Position numbers and translations under genes: made by a program. The notes beneath the pieces were generated by a model, which saw only the letters and a program-made list of their open reading frames with translations, did no database searches and was not told the origin of the DNA. DNA of 37,377 nt. Origin: Enterococcus phage vB_CECAV_04. Where the stretch lies: the sequence record PV173148.1. One strand, 5' to 3'. Of this stretch, positions 18,515 to 25,798 are shown piece by piece (the first letter of the stretch is position 1; every line of letters begins with the position of its first letter).

Positions 18515-19924
18515 ATGACACTAGCTAAAGTAATAACAAGAACGCTAGATATTGATGTCGAAGATGTAAAAATTGACCTAACAGCTACTATTAAATCATA
18601 CGATTTAACCGATACAAAATTTATCTTTGACATTCGGTCTAGCCAAGGGCTAACCATTGATTTAACGGGCGGTACAGCAATGTATATTGTCGAGTATGTG
18701 CATAATTCACAAACTTACGCTATTCAAGGGGATATAACCGTAGTAAATTCAACAAAAATATCTTTTAACCTTCCTGAGGATTTAAAAGGCTACAAGGGTA
18801 CTGTTTTAATCGGTCTGTATGTAAAATTGACAGACGGAACGAAAATCGATATTAAAGATATTGCTGTCAGAATTGAACCGTCTGTTATGGATAAGGATAT
18901 TGATTTTTCGGCTAAAACGTATTTTAAAGACTTTGAGTCGGTCAAAGCAGAAGTTATTTTAGAAGGAGAAAAAGCGAAGAATCAGATAAATGCAGTATTA
19001 CCTACCGTGCAAGCTCAAGTAAGCGAGTTAGACAGACAGATTAAAGCATTACCACCAATTCCCGATTTATTTGTAGCGTATGCAGACAGCGCAGATGGTA
19101 GCGTTGGTTTTAGTAAAATTAAAAAAAATATTAATTACAATGCTTATCTTAACTCATTTCACAGATACATTGGCTATAGTGTTAAAAATAGTACTAATCC
19201 ATCATATTATCGTTGGCAAGTGAATCCTGAATGGCAAAGAGCACAGTTAGAGTACGAAAAAGCAAGCATGATACAAGATAAATTGGTTAATTTGATACCT
19301 AATGCTGATTTTACTCAAGGTCTAAATAGGTGGTTTAAATCAGCTGGTGTAAATTCGCTCAATATAAATGGAGATTATCTAACGATTGTAAAAAACGAAG
19401 GACAATCAGGGGCTGTTGGAGTATATACAAACGCTAGCGATTATATGACTAAAGGTAATAAATATTATATATCAGCAGATTTTAGGAGTACCGAAGGTTA
19501 TTATGGTGTTTTCCTATTCGATGGTCAAACGATAAATAGGCCATCTGATGTCGATGTGTCAACATTCCACAAATACTCGAAATTGATTGTACCTGATACA
19601 GATTTCACAATAAGATTCTATACGTTTAATAATCAAACTTACGATATGCGTAAGCCTATCTTGTATGACTTAACATCTATTTTTGGCAAAGGCAATGAAC
19701 CGACTTTAGAAGAATTTGAACGTTTATTAGCGATTAATGTTAACAGTCCGACAATATATAGTCAATCCGTTTCAAAAGCTGAATTAAACAGCAACCCTAT
19801 TAACAGTATCTTAACTACATTATCTGGAGAAAATCCGTCAACAACCTTAGGCGGAACTTGGACGCAACTTGGAACAGAAACGAAATTTAGTAACACAATA
19901 TATTATTGGAAACGAACACAATAG
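18515..19924 (+). CDS. Baseplate upper protein / receptor-binding protein with a BppU-like N-terminal domain (469 aa).
   Basis: The N-terminal sequence style (MTLAKVITRTLDIDVEDVKIDLTATIKSYDL...) resembles the BppU_N proteins of Lactobacillales phages. Position after Tal. Confidence 0.6.
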   Translation: MTLAKVITRTLDIDVEDVKIDLTATIKSYDLTDTKFIFDIRSSQGLTIDLTGGTAMYIVEYVHNSQTYAIQGDITVVNSTKISFNLPEDLKGYKGTVLIGLYVKLTDGTKIDIKDIAVRIEPSVMDKDIDFSAKTYFKDFESVKAEVILEGEKAKNQINAVLPTVQAQVSELDRQIKALPPIPDLFVAYADSADGSVGFSKIKKNINYNAYLNSFHRYIGYSVKNSTNPSYYRWQVNPEWQRAQLEYEKASMIQDKLVNLIPNADFTQGLNRWFKSAGVNSLNINGDYLTIVKNEGQSGAVGVYTNASDYMTKGNKYYISADFRSTEGYYGVFLFDGQTINRPSDVDVSTFHKYSKLIVPDTDFTIRFYTFNNQTYDMRKPILYDLTSIFGKGNEPTLEEFERLLAINVNSPTIYSQSVSKAELNSNPINSILTTLSGENPSTTLGGTWTQLGTETKFSNTIYYWKRTQ

Positions 19925-19935
19925 GAGGAATTAAT

Positions 19936-20208
19936 ATGAAAAAAATCTATTACATTAACGAAGGTGGAACATTTAAAGAATTCGAAGTAGCAGACGATTT
20001 TCCACAAGTAGCCGATTTTGTCTACACGCAACCTGATGAAAGTATCAAATATCCCGTATTTAATACGCAGTTAGGGCGTTGGGAAGAAGATAAAGACAAA
20101 GTGATTGCAGATTTAACGCAACAGGTTACTGATTTACAAGAAGTAGTAACAACTAATTTTGAAACGGGGGTAGCAGATAATGGAGAAGATTTACCTAGCG
20201 TTAATTAA
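19936..20208 (+). CDS. Small hypothetical protein (90 aa) between the tail module and the lysis module.
   Basis: ATG 9 nt after GGAGGA. Confidence 0.55.
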   Translation: MKKIYYINEGGTFKEFEVADDFPQVADFVYTQPDESIKYPVFNTQLGRWEEDKDKVIADLTQQVTDLQEVVTTNFETGVADNGEDLPSVN

Positions 20209-20344
20209 AAAACATTTGAGAACGTTGGAAAGTGTACCGAACGTGCAAGATTTACCAAGTAAAGTGAAAGCATTGCTAGACGCAGAAAATTTAGATGGCA
20301 ACGGGTATCCGAAGGAAGAACAAACCCGCCACAATAAAAATTAA
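20180..20344 (+). CDS. Possible small ORF (54 aa) overlapping the end of the previous gene.
   Basis: ATG preceded by GGGGG. Below the ORF-track cutoff. Weak call. Confidence 0.3.
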   Translation: MEKIYLALIKKHLRTLESVPNVQDLPSKVKALLDAENLDGNGYPKEEQTRHNKN

Positions 20345-20355
20345 ACAAAACATTA

Positions 20356-20390
20356 CAAACGGTTAGAATATCCTAGCCGTTTGTTTCACG
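20356..20390 (+). terminator. Weak terminator hairpin CAAACGGTTAG/CTAGCCGTTTG with a G-U pair, followed by TTTCACG.
   Basis: 11-bp stem. Poor T-tract. Confidence 0.4.
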
Positions 20391-20411
20391 TTCTCAAAAT
20401 ATTCATATATT

Positions 20412-20440
20412 TTGCATTAATATTCATTTAGTGATAAAAT
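20412..20440 (+). promoter_or_regulatory. Promoter TTGCAT-N17-TAAAAT upstream of the endolysin.
   Basis: Hexamers and spacing read from the sequence. Confidence 0.55.
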
Positions 20441-20462
20441 AACATGAGAGGTGGTTAAGCAA

Positions 20463-21260
20463 ATGACTAAATTTTATAAAGGCATTGCCGGCGCAAGGGG
20501 TTCAGCGCCTTTAGGAATTGTATTCCATAATGACGCCGGCTCACAAAATGCCAATGCGAATTTTTACCGAAATTGGTTACCTACTCATGACGCTGAAAAC
20601 GGGTTCGCTCACTACTATGTAGCGTCAGATGGTACTTATCAAGCCGAAGATGAAAAGAACATGGCTTGGCATACGGCAAACTCAAACGGTAACGCAAACT
20701 ATATCGGTATTGAAATTTGTCAATCAATGGGCGATGAAAAAACATTCCGTGAAAATGAACAAAAGGCTTTCAAACTTGGTGCTGAAATTTGCAAGCGCTA
20801 TGGTTGGGTGCCGAATTATAGCCTTTTTCCACTTCACAAGGAATTTTCATCGACTGATTGTCCACACCGTTCAAGTGAGTTGCACGGGCAATCAGTACAG
20901 GCAGTAAGGCAGTATTTTACCGACCAAGTTATGAAATATTATAACGGACAAGGCAATACTAATACACAAACAAATAACAAAGGGGGAATCGCGACTATGT
21001 ACGCTATTTATTGGATACCGAACAAGACTGGTAAAGGGGAAGACGCTTATTTCTTTAACGGGGTAGCTTATGAATATATCAACCACCCTGACGTCATCAA
21101 TATCTTAAAACAAGTTTACCGAGATAACAACGGGAAAGATATTCCCGAATATCATTGGAAAAATGGTGCGCCGTGGTGGATTAGATTAGAACAGCCTATT
21201 GTCAATCTTCAAGACATGGCTAACAAGATTGACAAAATTGCCAAGAAAACTGGTGCTTAA
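20463..21260 (+). CDS. Endolysin. N-acetylmuramoyl-L-alanine amidase (Amidase_2/PGRP fold) with a C-terminal cell-wall-binding domain (about 265 aa).
   Basis: Motifs HNDAG, AWHTANSNGNANYIGIE and SSTDCPH (zinc ligands) are characteristic of Amidase_2. ATG after a GAGAGGTGG SD. Confidence 0.85.
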   Translation: MTKFYKGIAGARGSAPLGIVFHNDAGSQNANANFYRNWLPTHDAENGFAHYYVASDGTYQAEDEKNMAWHTANSNGNANYIGIEICQSMGDEKTFRENEQKAFKLGAEICKRYGWVPNYSLFPLHKEFSSTDCPHRSSELHGQSVQAVRQYFTDQVMKYYNGQGNTNTQTNNKGGIATMYAIYWIPNKTGKGEDAYFFNGVAYEYINHPDVINILKQVYRDNNGKDIPEYHWKNGAPWWIRLEQPIVNLQDMANKIDKIAKKTGA

Positions 21261-21281
21261 AAAGGTAGAATAGTTTTATAA

Positions 21282-21373
21282 GGCTTTAAAATCGTTTATA
21301 AGGCGTTTTGTTAGCGTTGAGTATAATTAGCCTAGCTAATTGTCAAAACGCCTTAGAACGCAAAATAAGAGCC
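21282..21373 (+). repeat. Structured element R1-A. Inverted-repeat arms TAAGGCGTTTT (21299-21309) and AAAACGCCTTA (21345-21355) flank a 35-nt loop containing TGaGTATAAT. A conserved tail CTTAGAACGCAAAATAAGAGCC follows. It is homologous to 37078-37167.
   Basis: About 75% identity to the second copy. 11-bp perfect IR. Confidence 0.65.
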
Positions 21374-21400
21374 TTATAAGACAATATAAGGGGGTTTACA

Positions 21401-21853
21401 ATGTTTATTGAAAAATTTAGCGCACTAGTTAACAATAATTATTTTATTGTTTTTATGGTGCTAGTATCGTTCGACTATATCACGGGGGTCGCTAAGTCTA
21501 CCATTTGGAAAGTGACAGATTCAGACGCAAGTATCAAGGGTATTATTAGACATACGATTGTTCTTCTTAGCGTTGCTTTGATATGGGTAGGTTGTCAGTT
21601 GTTCGATGCTGAATACCTAGCATTTACGATTAATATTATGTATTGTTTGAATTATTCTTTAAGTATTTTAGAAAACTTTGGGGTTATGGGTATCTATGTT
21701 CCTAAATTCCTACAGAACAAAATCGAAGCTGAAATCAACCGATATGAGCAACAGCTCGAAAACAAGTTAGATAACAAAGACTTGAGAAATAAAAAATCTA
21801 AAACAGATGTCAACATCAATATTAGTCACGATAAAGAGCAAGATAACAAATAA
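21401..21853 (+). CDS. Holin (150 aa). Multiple TM helices and a charged C-terminal tail.
   Basis: Hydrophobic segments (FIVFMVLVSF, IVLLSVALIWVG, YCLNYSLSIL) and a Lys/Asp-rich C-terminus. Adjacent to the lysin. Confidence 0.75.
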   Translation: MFIEKFSALVNNNYFIVFMVLVSFDYITGVAKSTIWKVTDSDASIKGIIRHTIVLLSVALIWVGCQLFDAEYLAFTINIMYCLNYSLSILENFGVMGIYVPKFLQNKIEAEINRYEQQLENKLDNKDLRNKKSKTDVNINISHDKEQDNK

Positions 21854-21860
21854 CACAAAC

Positions 21861-21889
21861 TTGACAAATGGAAGTGATTAGGGTATACT
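21861..21889 (+). promoter_or_regulatory. Promoter TTGACA-N17-TATACT immediately after the holin, reading into a non-coding region.
   Basis: Consensus -35 with 17-nt spacing. Confidence 0.55.
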
Positions 21890-21941
21890 ATTATCAAGGT
21901 TACTTTTTCTTTTTCTGTTTTGTTTCTTTTCTTTCTGTGAA

Positions 21942-21980
21942 TACCGTTGAGCGATTGCTTGACGGTATTTTTTGTTTTTC
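21942..21980 (+). terminator. Hairpin ATACCGT-N14-ACGGTAT followed by TTTTTTGTTTTT. It could terminate a short CU-rich transcript started at 21861-21889.
   Basis: 7-bp stem and a long T-tract. Confidence 0.4.
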
Positions 21981-22004
21981 GGGGTTGGTTTGTTTTCAGG
22001 GTTT

Positions 22005-22305
22005 GGACAAAATTAAGCTGTTAATGGACAAAATTAGGACAAAAAATGTAAGCGTTTTTGTCCATGACTTTCAGAGCCAAGAAGCCTTATTTCATGGTCT
22101 TTTTTCTTTCTTTTTAAAAGAAAAAGGACAAAGGACAAAAGATATAAGCAATTAGCATATACTGAACAAAAAGAAAAAAAATTTTTGTTTTACACTTGCT
22201 AGAAAGCGACTGAAAAATATTTTTGTTCCGTCCCTGAAATCACGCAACCCCTTGAACCACAACGGTTTGAGCATGGGACAGAATCACTCTATTTTGTTCC
22301 AAAGC
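22005..22305. repeat. Second iteron/operator array. GGACAAAA at 22005-22012, 22027-22034, 22037-22046, 22116-22122 and 22123-22130. TTTTTGTCC at 22055-22063, forming the dyad GGACAAAAAA-N8-TTTTTGTCC. Variants TTTTGTTCC at 22221-22229 and 22293-22301, GGGACAGAA at 22276-22284. A/T palindrome at 22088-22117.
   Basis: Same motif family as 120-282. It also shares CCCTGAA and GGACAGAA strings with region 1. Confidence 0.7.
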
Positions 22306-22356
22306 TTGAAATTTTGATAAAATTTTCGGTTTTGGCAACTTTTTTGTAAGCAACCC

Positions 22357-22385
22357 TTGTATAGTTTTTGCCTGTATGGTATAAT
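22357..22385 (+). promoter_or_regulatory. Promoter TTGTAT-N17-TATAAT (extended -10 TGgTATAAT), the first early promoter.
   Basis: Hexamers and spacing. Confidence 0.6.
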
Positions 22386-22416
22386 GGAATTATCAAACGA
22401 AAAGGAGAAACAAAGC

Positions 22417-22923
22417 ATGATAATTGAAATTGACTTTAAAGAACTAGCTAAAAGACAAGGGGAAGTTTTGAACGTACACCCCTATGAAATTTTTTATGAA
22501 CATAAGAAATTCTTAGATAGTTTAGTTAGGACTGTTTTGGTTGAAAGCGAAGAAATGTATAACTTTACCGAAGAAGCAAAAGCAACGTTTGAAGAAGCAC
22601 ACGAAATATTAATCGGTATTATTAGTGATTTGAACACCAAGACAAATAAACGCCTTGAAAACGAAGTATTTAAGATGTGGGTACCTAAATATAGAGAAAT
22701 CGCTGATATGCTACTAATTACGGGACTAGATGGTATCAGCAAGGCTTGTATTTTAGCCAATGAAAATTGGTTTGAAGCAATTGATACAGACAAGGAATTT
22801 GAAGAATATTACCTTGATAAAACCGAACTGGAAGAAATTCCATTTATGGAATACGTTGAAACTTTAGTATTATTAGTCGTATTGCTTGAAAAAGGTATTG
22901 AAAAATGTAATGCTAGAAATTAA
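22417..22923 (+). CDS. Highly acidic early protein (about 168 aa). Candidate host-takeover or DNA-mimic protein.
   Basis: ATG after an AAAAGGAGAAA SD. Very high Glu/Asp content. No recognisable motifs. Confidence 0.6.
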   Translation: MIIEIDFKELAKRQGEVLNVHPYEIFYEHKKFLDSLVRTVLVESEEMYNFTEEAKATFEEAHEILIGIISDLNTKTNKRLENEVFKMWVPKYREIADMLLITGLDGISKACILANENWFEAIDTDKEFEEYYLDKTELEEIPFMEYVETLVLLVVLLEKGIEKCNARN

Positions 22924-22956
22924 TTTGAGTACAACGCTGAAAAAATTAAAAATCTA

Positions 22957-22985
22957 TTGACTTTGAAATTCAATTGAGATATACT
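22957..22985 (+). promoter_or_regulatory. Promoter TTGACT-N17-TATACT (family AATCTATTGACTTT).
   Basis: Hexamers and spacing. Confidence 0.55.
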
Positions 22986-23004
22986 TAAAACAAGCTAAGG
23001 TAAA

Positions 23005-23048
23005 CCTTGACAAATAAAACAAGTCAAGGTCTAGCCTTGACAAATAAA
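23005..23048 (+). promoter_or_regulatory. Operator-like site. CCTTGACAAATAAA is directly repeated (23005-23018, 23035-23048), with dyad CCTTGAC-N11-GTCAAGG (23005-23029), in the leader of the next gene.
   Basis: Seen in the sequence. Confidence 0.5.
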
Positions 23049-23066
23049 CAGAAAGAAGGAAACAAA

Positions 23067-23633
23067 ATGACAACTAAAGCACAAGAATGGAAATCAATTG
23101 CTACAATCAAAGGAATGGTAACGGCTCAACTAACTTACAGCTTTCGAGACATATCATTCGCCCTTAAAGATTCACCGATTAACGGAACTGATTTAGTTGA
23201 CGAAATCATTCAATCAATGCTCGATAAAATCGAAGTCATTGATAACATTACTAAAATCGCAAAAGAGAAGCGCAAAGAAGAACTAGCAAACGCTATTCAA
23301 GGGGTATTATCAGCTGTTGGTTATGGTTTACTAATTATCGACTTTGAACGCGGTAAGATGGCTGAAAACGTGACTGAAAGTGCGTTTCATGTATTCATTG
23401 AAGGTTATAAGGTAGCACGAAAAGCGATTTTAACGTATACAGACTTTGAAAGCGTACTCGAATACCTAGACCTCTATGGCGCATACTTGTTTAACTTCGA
23501 TATTTTCTATGAAGATATGATTGAAACCGTTGAAGATATGATTGAAACCGTTGAAGAAAACGACAACGTAATTGAAACATTAGAAAATTTGAAAGCCGAG
23601 TTTGAAAAGCTAGGGGTAAAATTTGACGAATAA
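23067..23633 (+). CDS. Hypothetical early protein (about 188 aa) with an acidic C-terminus. It contains an in-frame 21-nt perfect duplication (23511-23531 and 23532-23552, EDMIETV x2).
   Basis: ATG after GAAGGAAA. Confidence 0.6.
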   Translation: MTTKAQEWKSIATIKGMVTAQLTYSFRDISFALKDSPINGTDLVDEIIQSMLDKIEVIDNITKIAKEKRKEELANAIQGVLSAVGYGLLIIDFERGKMAENVTESAFHVFIEGYKVARKAILTYTDFESVLEYLDLYGAYLFNFDIFYEDMIETVEDMIETVEENDNVIETLENLKAEFEKLGVKFDE

Positions 23634-23888
23634 ATTAAAGTCTTAATGAAAAGCTAGGGCGAAACCTAGCTTTTCATTTACGCTGAAATTTATACAATTT
23701 TGTTTAAATATTCATTCAAAATGAATAAAATAATTTATCCGAAATATAATTTTTTTTTTTATTAAAGTCTTAATGAAAAGCTAGGGCGAAACCTAGCTTT
23801 TCATTTACGCTGAAATTTATACAATTTTGTTTAAATATTCATTCAAAATGAATAAAATAATTTATCCGAAATATAATTTTTTTTTTTT
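23634..23888 (+). repeat. Perfect tandem duplication of a 127-bp unit (23634-23760 and 23761-23888). The only difference is the length of the terminal T-run. Each unit carries a terminator hairpin AAAAGCTAGG-GCGAAA-CCTAGCTTTT (23649-23680 and 23776-23807) and a dyad TATTCATT-CAAA-ATGAATA.
   Basis: Seen in the sequence. Confidence 0.85.
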
Positions 23889-23898
23889 CAAAAAACTA

Positions 23899-23926
23899 TT
23901 GACTTTTCAATTATCCTTGATATAAT
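23899..23926 (+). promoter_or_regulatory. Promoter TTGACT-N16-TATAAT (extended -10 TGaTATAAT). Family motif AAAAACTATTGACTTTT.
   Basis: Hexamers and spacing. Confidence 0.6.
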
Positions 23927-23959
23927 GAAACCATATCAAACAGAAAGAAGGAATAAAAC

Positions 23960-24247
23960 ATGATGGACTTAATTATTGTAGCAATGGTAATCATTCAAGG
24001 ATTATCACTTTTTTTCACTTTTTACACGCTTGTTAATATCGACAAAAAGAACCGAGAAATCAAACGATTGAGAAATCAAGTGAAAATGTATGAGAATTAC
24101 GCATACGGGTTAGAAAAAGAACTAGTAACACTTGACAGCACTAAGTCTGAATTGGCTAGTAAGTTATCAGTTACCGAATATATGCTAGAAGAACAAGCCA
24201 AAATGCTTACTGAGCCACAAACAAAGAAAAAAGGAGTTAAAAAATGA
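23960..24247 (+). CDS. Hypothetical protein (95 aa) with an N-terminal TM helix followed by a coiled coil.
   Basis: ATG after GAAGGAATAAAAC. Hydrophobic segment LIIVAMVIIQGLSLFFTFYTLV. Confidence 0.6.
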   Translation: MMDLIIVAMVIIQGLSLFFTFYTLVNIDKKNREIKRLRNQVKMYENYAYGLEKELVTLDSTKSELASKLSVTEYMLEEQAKMLTEPQTKKKGVKK

Positions 24248-24420
24248 ACGGATTTTTATATATTTTGAACATTATTCTTGATATTGTATCGAATATATTT
24301 TTTGCACTGTATATCTTTATCGGTGCTAGTGTGATTACAACAATGGGGACAGCTATTGTGTTCACAGTGTGCTTTGTACTTATCCAATTGATACAGGGGT
24401 ACCGGCGCTATGTTAATTGA
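24244..24420 (+). CDS. Small hydrophobic membrane protein (58 aa, two predicted TM helices).
   Basis: ATG in an ATGA overlap with the upstream stop. SD AAAGGAGTTAAAAA. Not in the ORF track because it is shorter than 60 aa. Confidence 0.5.
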   Translation: MNGFLYILNIILDIVSNIFFALYIFIGASVITTMGTAIVFTVCFVLIQLIQGYRRYVN

Positions 24421-24498
24421 GTTTTACATGATTTTAGTGGTGGGAACCAAGCTACTATCAGAATTAAATATTATATTGTACGAAAAAGGAGTTAAAAA

Positions 24499-24663
24499 AT
24501 GATTATTGCAATTTTACTATTCGCTTTAATAGCGTTTTTATCATTGGATTTAATTGTAGCAGGTTTACAATTTGTTTTTATCGTTATCGGAGCGCCGTTC
24601 GTTATTATTTATCAACTATTGAAACTACTTTTTAGCAAAGGAAAGAAAGCCGATGAAAGCTAG
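24499..24663 (+). CDS. Small hydrophobic membrane protein (54 aa, two predicted TM helices).
   Basis: SD and spacer identical to the preceding small gene (AAAGGAGTTAAAAAATG). The stop overlaps the next gene's start. Confidence 0.5.
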   Translation: MIIAILLFALIAFLSLDLIVAGLQFVFIVIGAPFVIIYQLLKLLFSKGKKADES

Positions 24664-25090
24664 ATATGAAGATATACGAGAATTATTAAACGATTATCCT
24701 TACGCTAGTGGTTGCCTTGATGAAATCGACATCGACGACTTGCGAACAGGGGATACATTGGCATTTACTGATGAAGATGTAGACGAAGGAAGAACCGAAA
24801 TCCTTTTCAAAATACAGGACTTTGGAATTAAACGCTTGGGACGTATAAATTATATTGTCATCAACGGGTATTGGTGCTACTACAAACTAACCAAGCTCGA
24901 CAAGTTAAACGGCTTGAAAACATACGAAATAAAGAAGGGTTGGAACTTTCTTGAAGGTACTGCTAGGTACGCTTACAGCTTTGAAGCAAAAGTATTTGAA
25001 AACGAAGCGCTTTACGTTGATGAAATAGAGAAAGACGATAATGATAATAATTTTATCGAAAATATGTTCAATGAGTTGATGAAACCATGA
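24653..25090 (+). CDS. Acidic hypothetical protein (145 aa).
   Basis: ATG with an AAGGAAAGAAAG SD. Asp/Glu-rich. Confidence 0.6.
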   Translation: MKARYEDIRELLNDYPYASGCLDEIDIDDLRTGDTLAFTDEDVDEGRTEILFKIQDFGIKRLGRINYIVINGYWCYYKLTKLDKLNGLKTYEIKKGWNFLEGTARYAYSFEAKVFENEALYVDEIEKDDNDNNFIENMFNELMKP

Positions 25091-25302
25091 ATGTTTACGT
25101 TATCGCCAAAATATCTGAAAATGGCAGAGTTTATTATCATTCAGGGGGCAACGCTTTTAACAGTAAGGTTGTTACCCGATTATACAACGATTTAAGAACG
25201 GCTAAGATACAGCTTGATAAAGTTAGACAAGGTTTGGAAAAACCTGAAAGCGTGGTACTAGTGGGTTATCGTGCTGAAAATGGCAAAGTGTTACCATTTT
25301 AG
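25087..25302 (+). CDS. Hypothetical protein (71 aa), translationally coupled through an ATGA overlap.
   Basis: ORF-track support only. Confidence 0.5.
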   Translation: MNVYVIAKISENGRVYYHSGGNAFNSKVVTRLYNDLRTAKIQLDKVRQGLEKPESVVLVGYRAENGKVLPF

Positions 25303-25347
25303 TTTAACAATTGAATATTTTAATGCTAACCTAATAAATAGGTCAAT

Positions 25348-25400
25348 CCCTTGTCTGTACTTGATACATAGCTATGTGCTAACGACAAGGGTTCTTTTTA
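25348..25400 (+). terminator. Terminator-like hairpin CCCTTGTC...GACAAGGG with a long loop that contains the palindrome CATAGCTATG, followed by TTCTTTTT.
   Basis: 8-bp stem. T-tract. Confidence 0.45.
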
Positions 25401-25413
25401 ACACAGGGGGCAA

Positions 25414-25665
25414 ATGATGAAAGAAATAGTATTATACACCAAAGATAATTGCCAAGCTTGCAGATTGATGAAAGCGCAACTTGACAAGCTGAACGTAAAT
25501 TATAAAGTTGAAAATATCCTTGAAAATGAAGAACAATTAGAATATTTTCGTTCAATTGGTATTTTACAATTACCGATTTTAACAATTGATAAAACCGTTG
25601 AAGCCTTTGGTATGCGAGTTGATAAAGCCAAAGAAGCGCTGAAAAATCACGGAATTATTGAATAA
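25414..25665 (+). CDS. nrdH: Glutaredoxin-like protein of the NrdH-redoxin type (83 aa) with a CxxC active site (CQAC).
   Basis: Size about 80 aa. N-terminal CQAC in a thioredoxin-fold context (VLYTKDNCQAC...). It is flanked by terminators and has its own SD. Confidence 0.65.
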   Translation: MMKEIVLYTKDNCQACRLMKAQLDKLNVNYKVENILENEEQLEYFRSIGILQLPILTIDKTVEAFGMRVDKAKEALKNHGIIE

Positions 25666-25670
25666 TGCTG

Positions 25671-25704
25671 AACCCGTTGCAGATGGTAACGGGTTTATTT
25701 TCTT
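25671..25704 (+). terminator. Terminator AACCCGTT-GCAGATGGT-AACGGGTT followed by TATTTTCTT.
   Basis: 8-bp perfect stem and a T-tract. Confidence 0.65.
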
Positions 25705-25769
25705 ATAACGAGTGCAAAAAGTTATTGTAGATACAAGAAAATATTTTAAAATTTTTTGCAAAAAAACTA

Positions 25770-25798
25770 TTGCTTTTAACTTGCGACCATGCTATTAT
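25770..25798 (+). promoter_or_regulatory. Promoter TTGCTT-N17-TATTAT. Family motif AAAAAACTATTGCTTTT.
   Basis: Hexamers and spacing. Confidence 0.5.

Noticed and set aside
21868-22155. Plus-strand 95-aa ORF (GTG start) after the holin.
   Set aside because: Its translation is low-complexity poly-F/C/S produced by the pyrimidine tract and the GGACAAA repeats. There is no SD. It crosses a terminator-like hairpin. I interpret the region as non-coding.
24428-24502. Tiny 24-aa ORF (MILVVGTKLLSELNIILYEKGVKK) between the two micro-membrane genes. Its stop overlaps the next ATG.
   Set aside because: It has no convincing SD and is too short to support without expression or conservation data. It could be a coupling or leader peptide.
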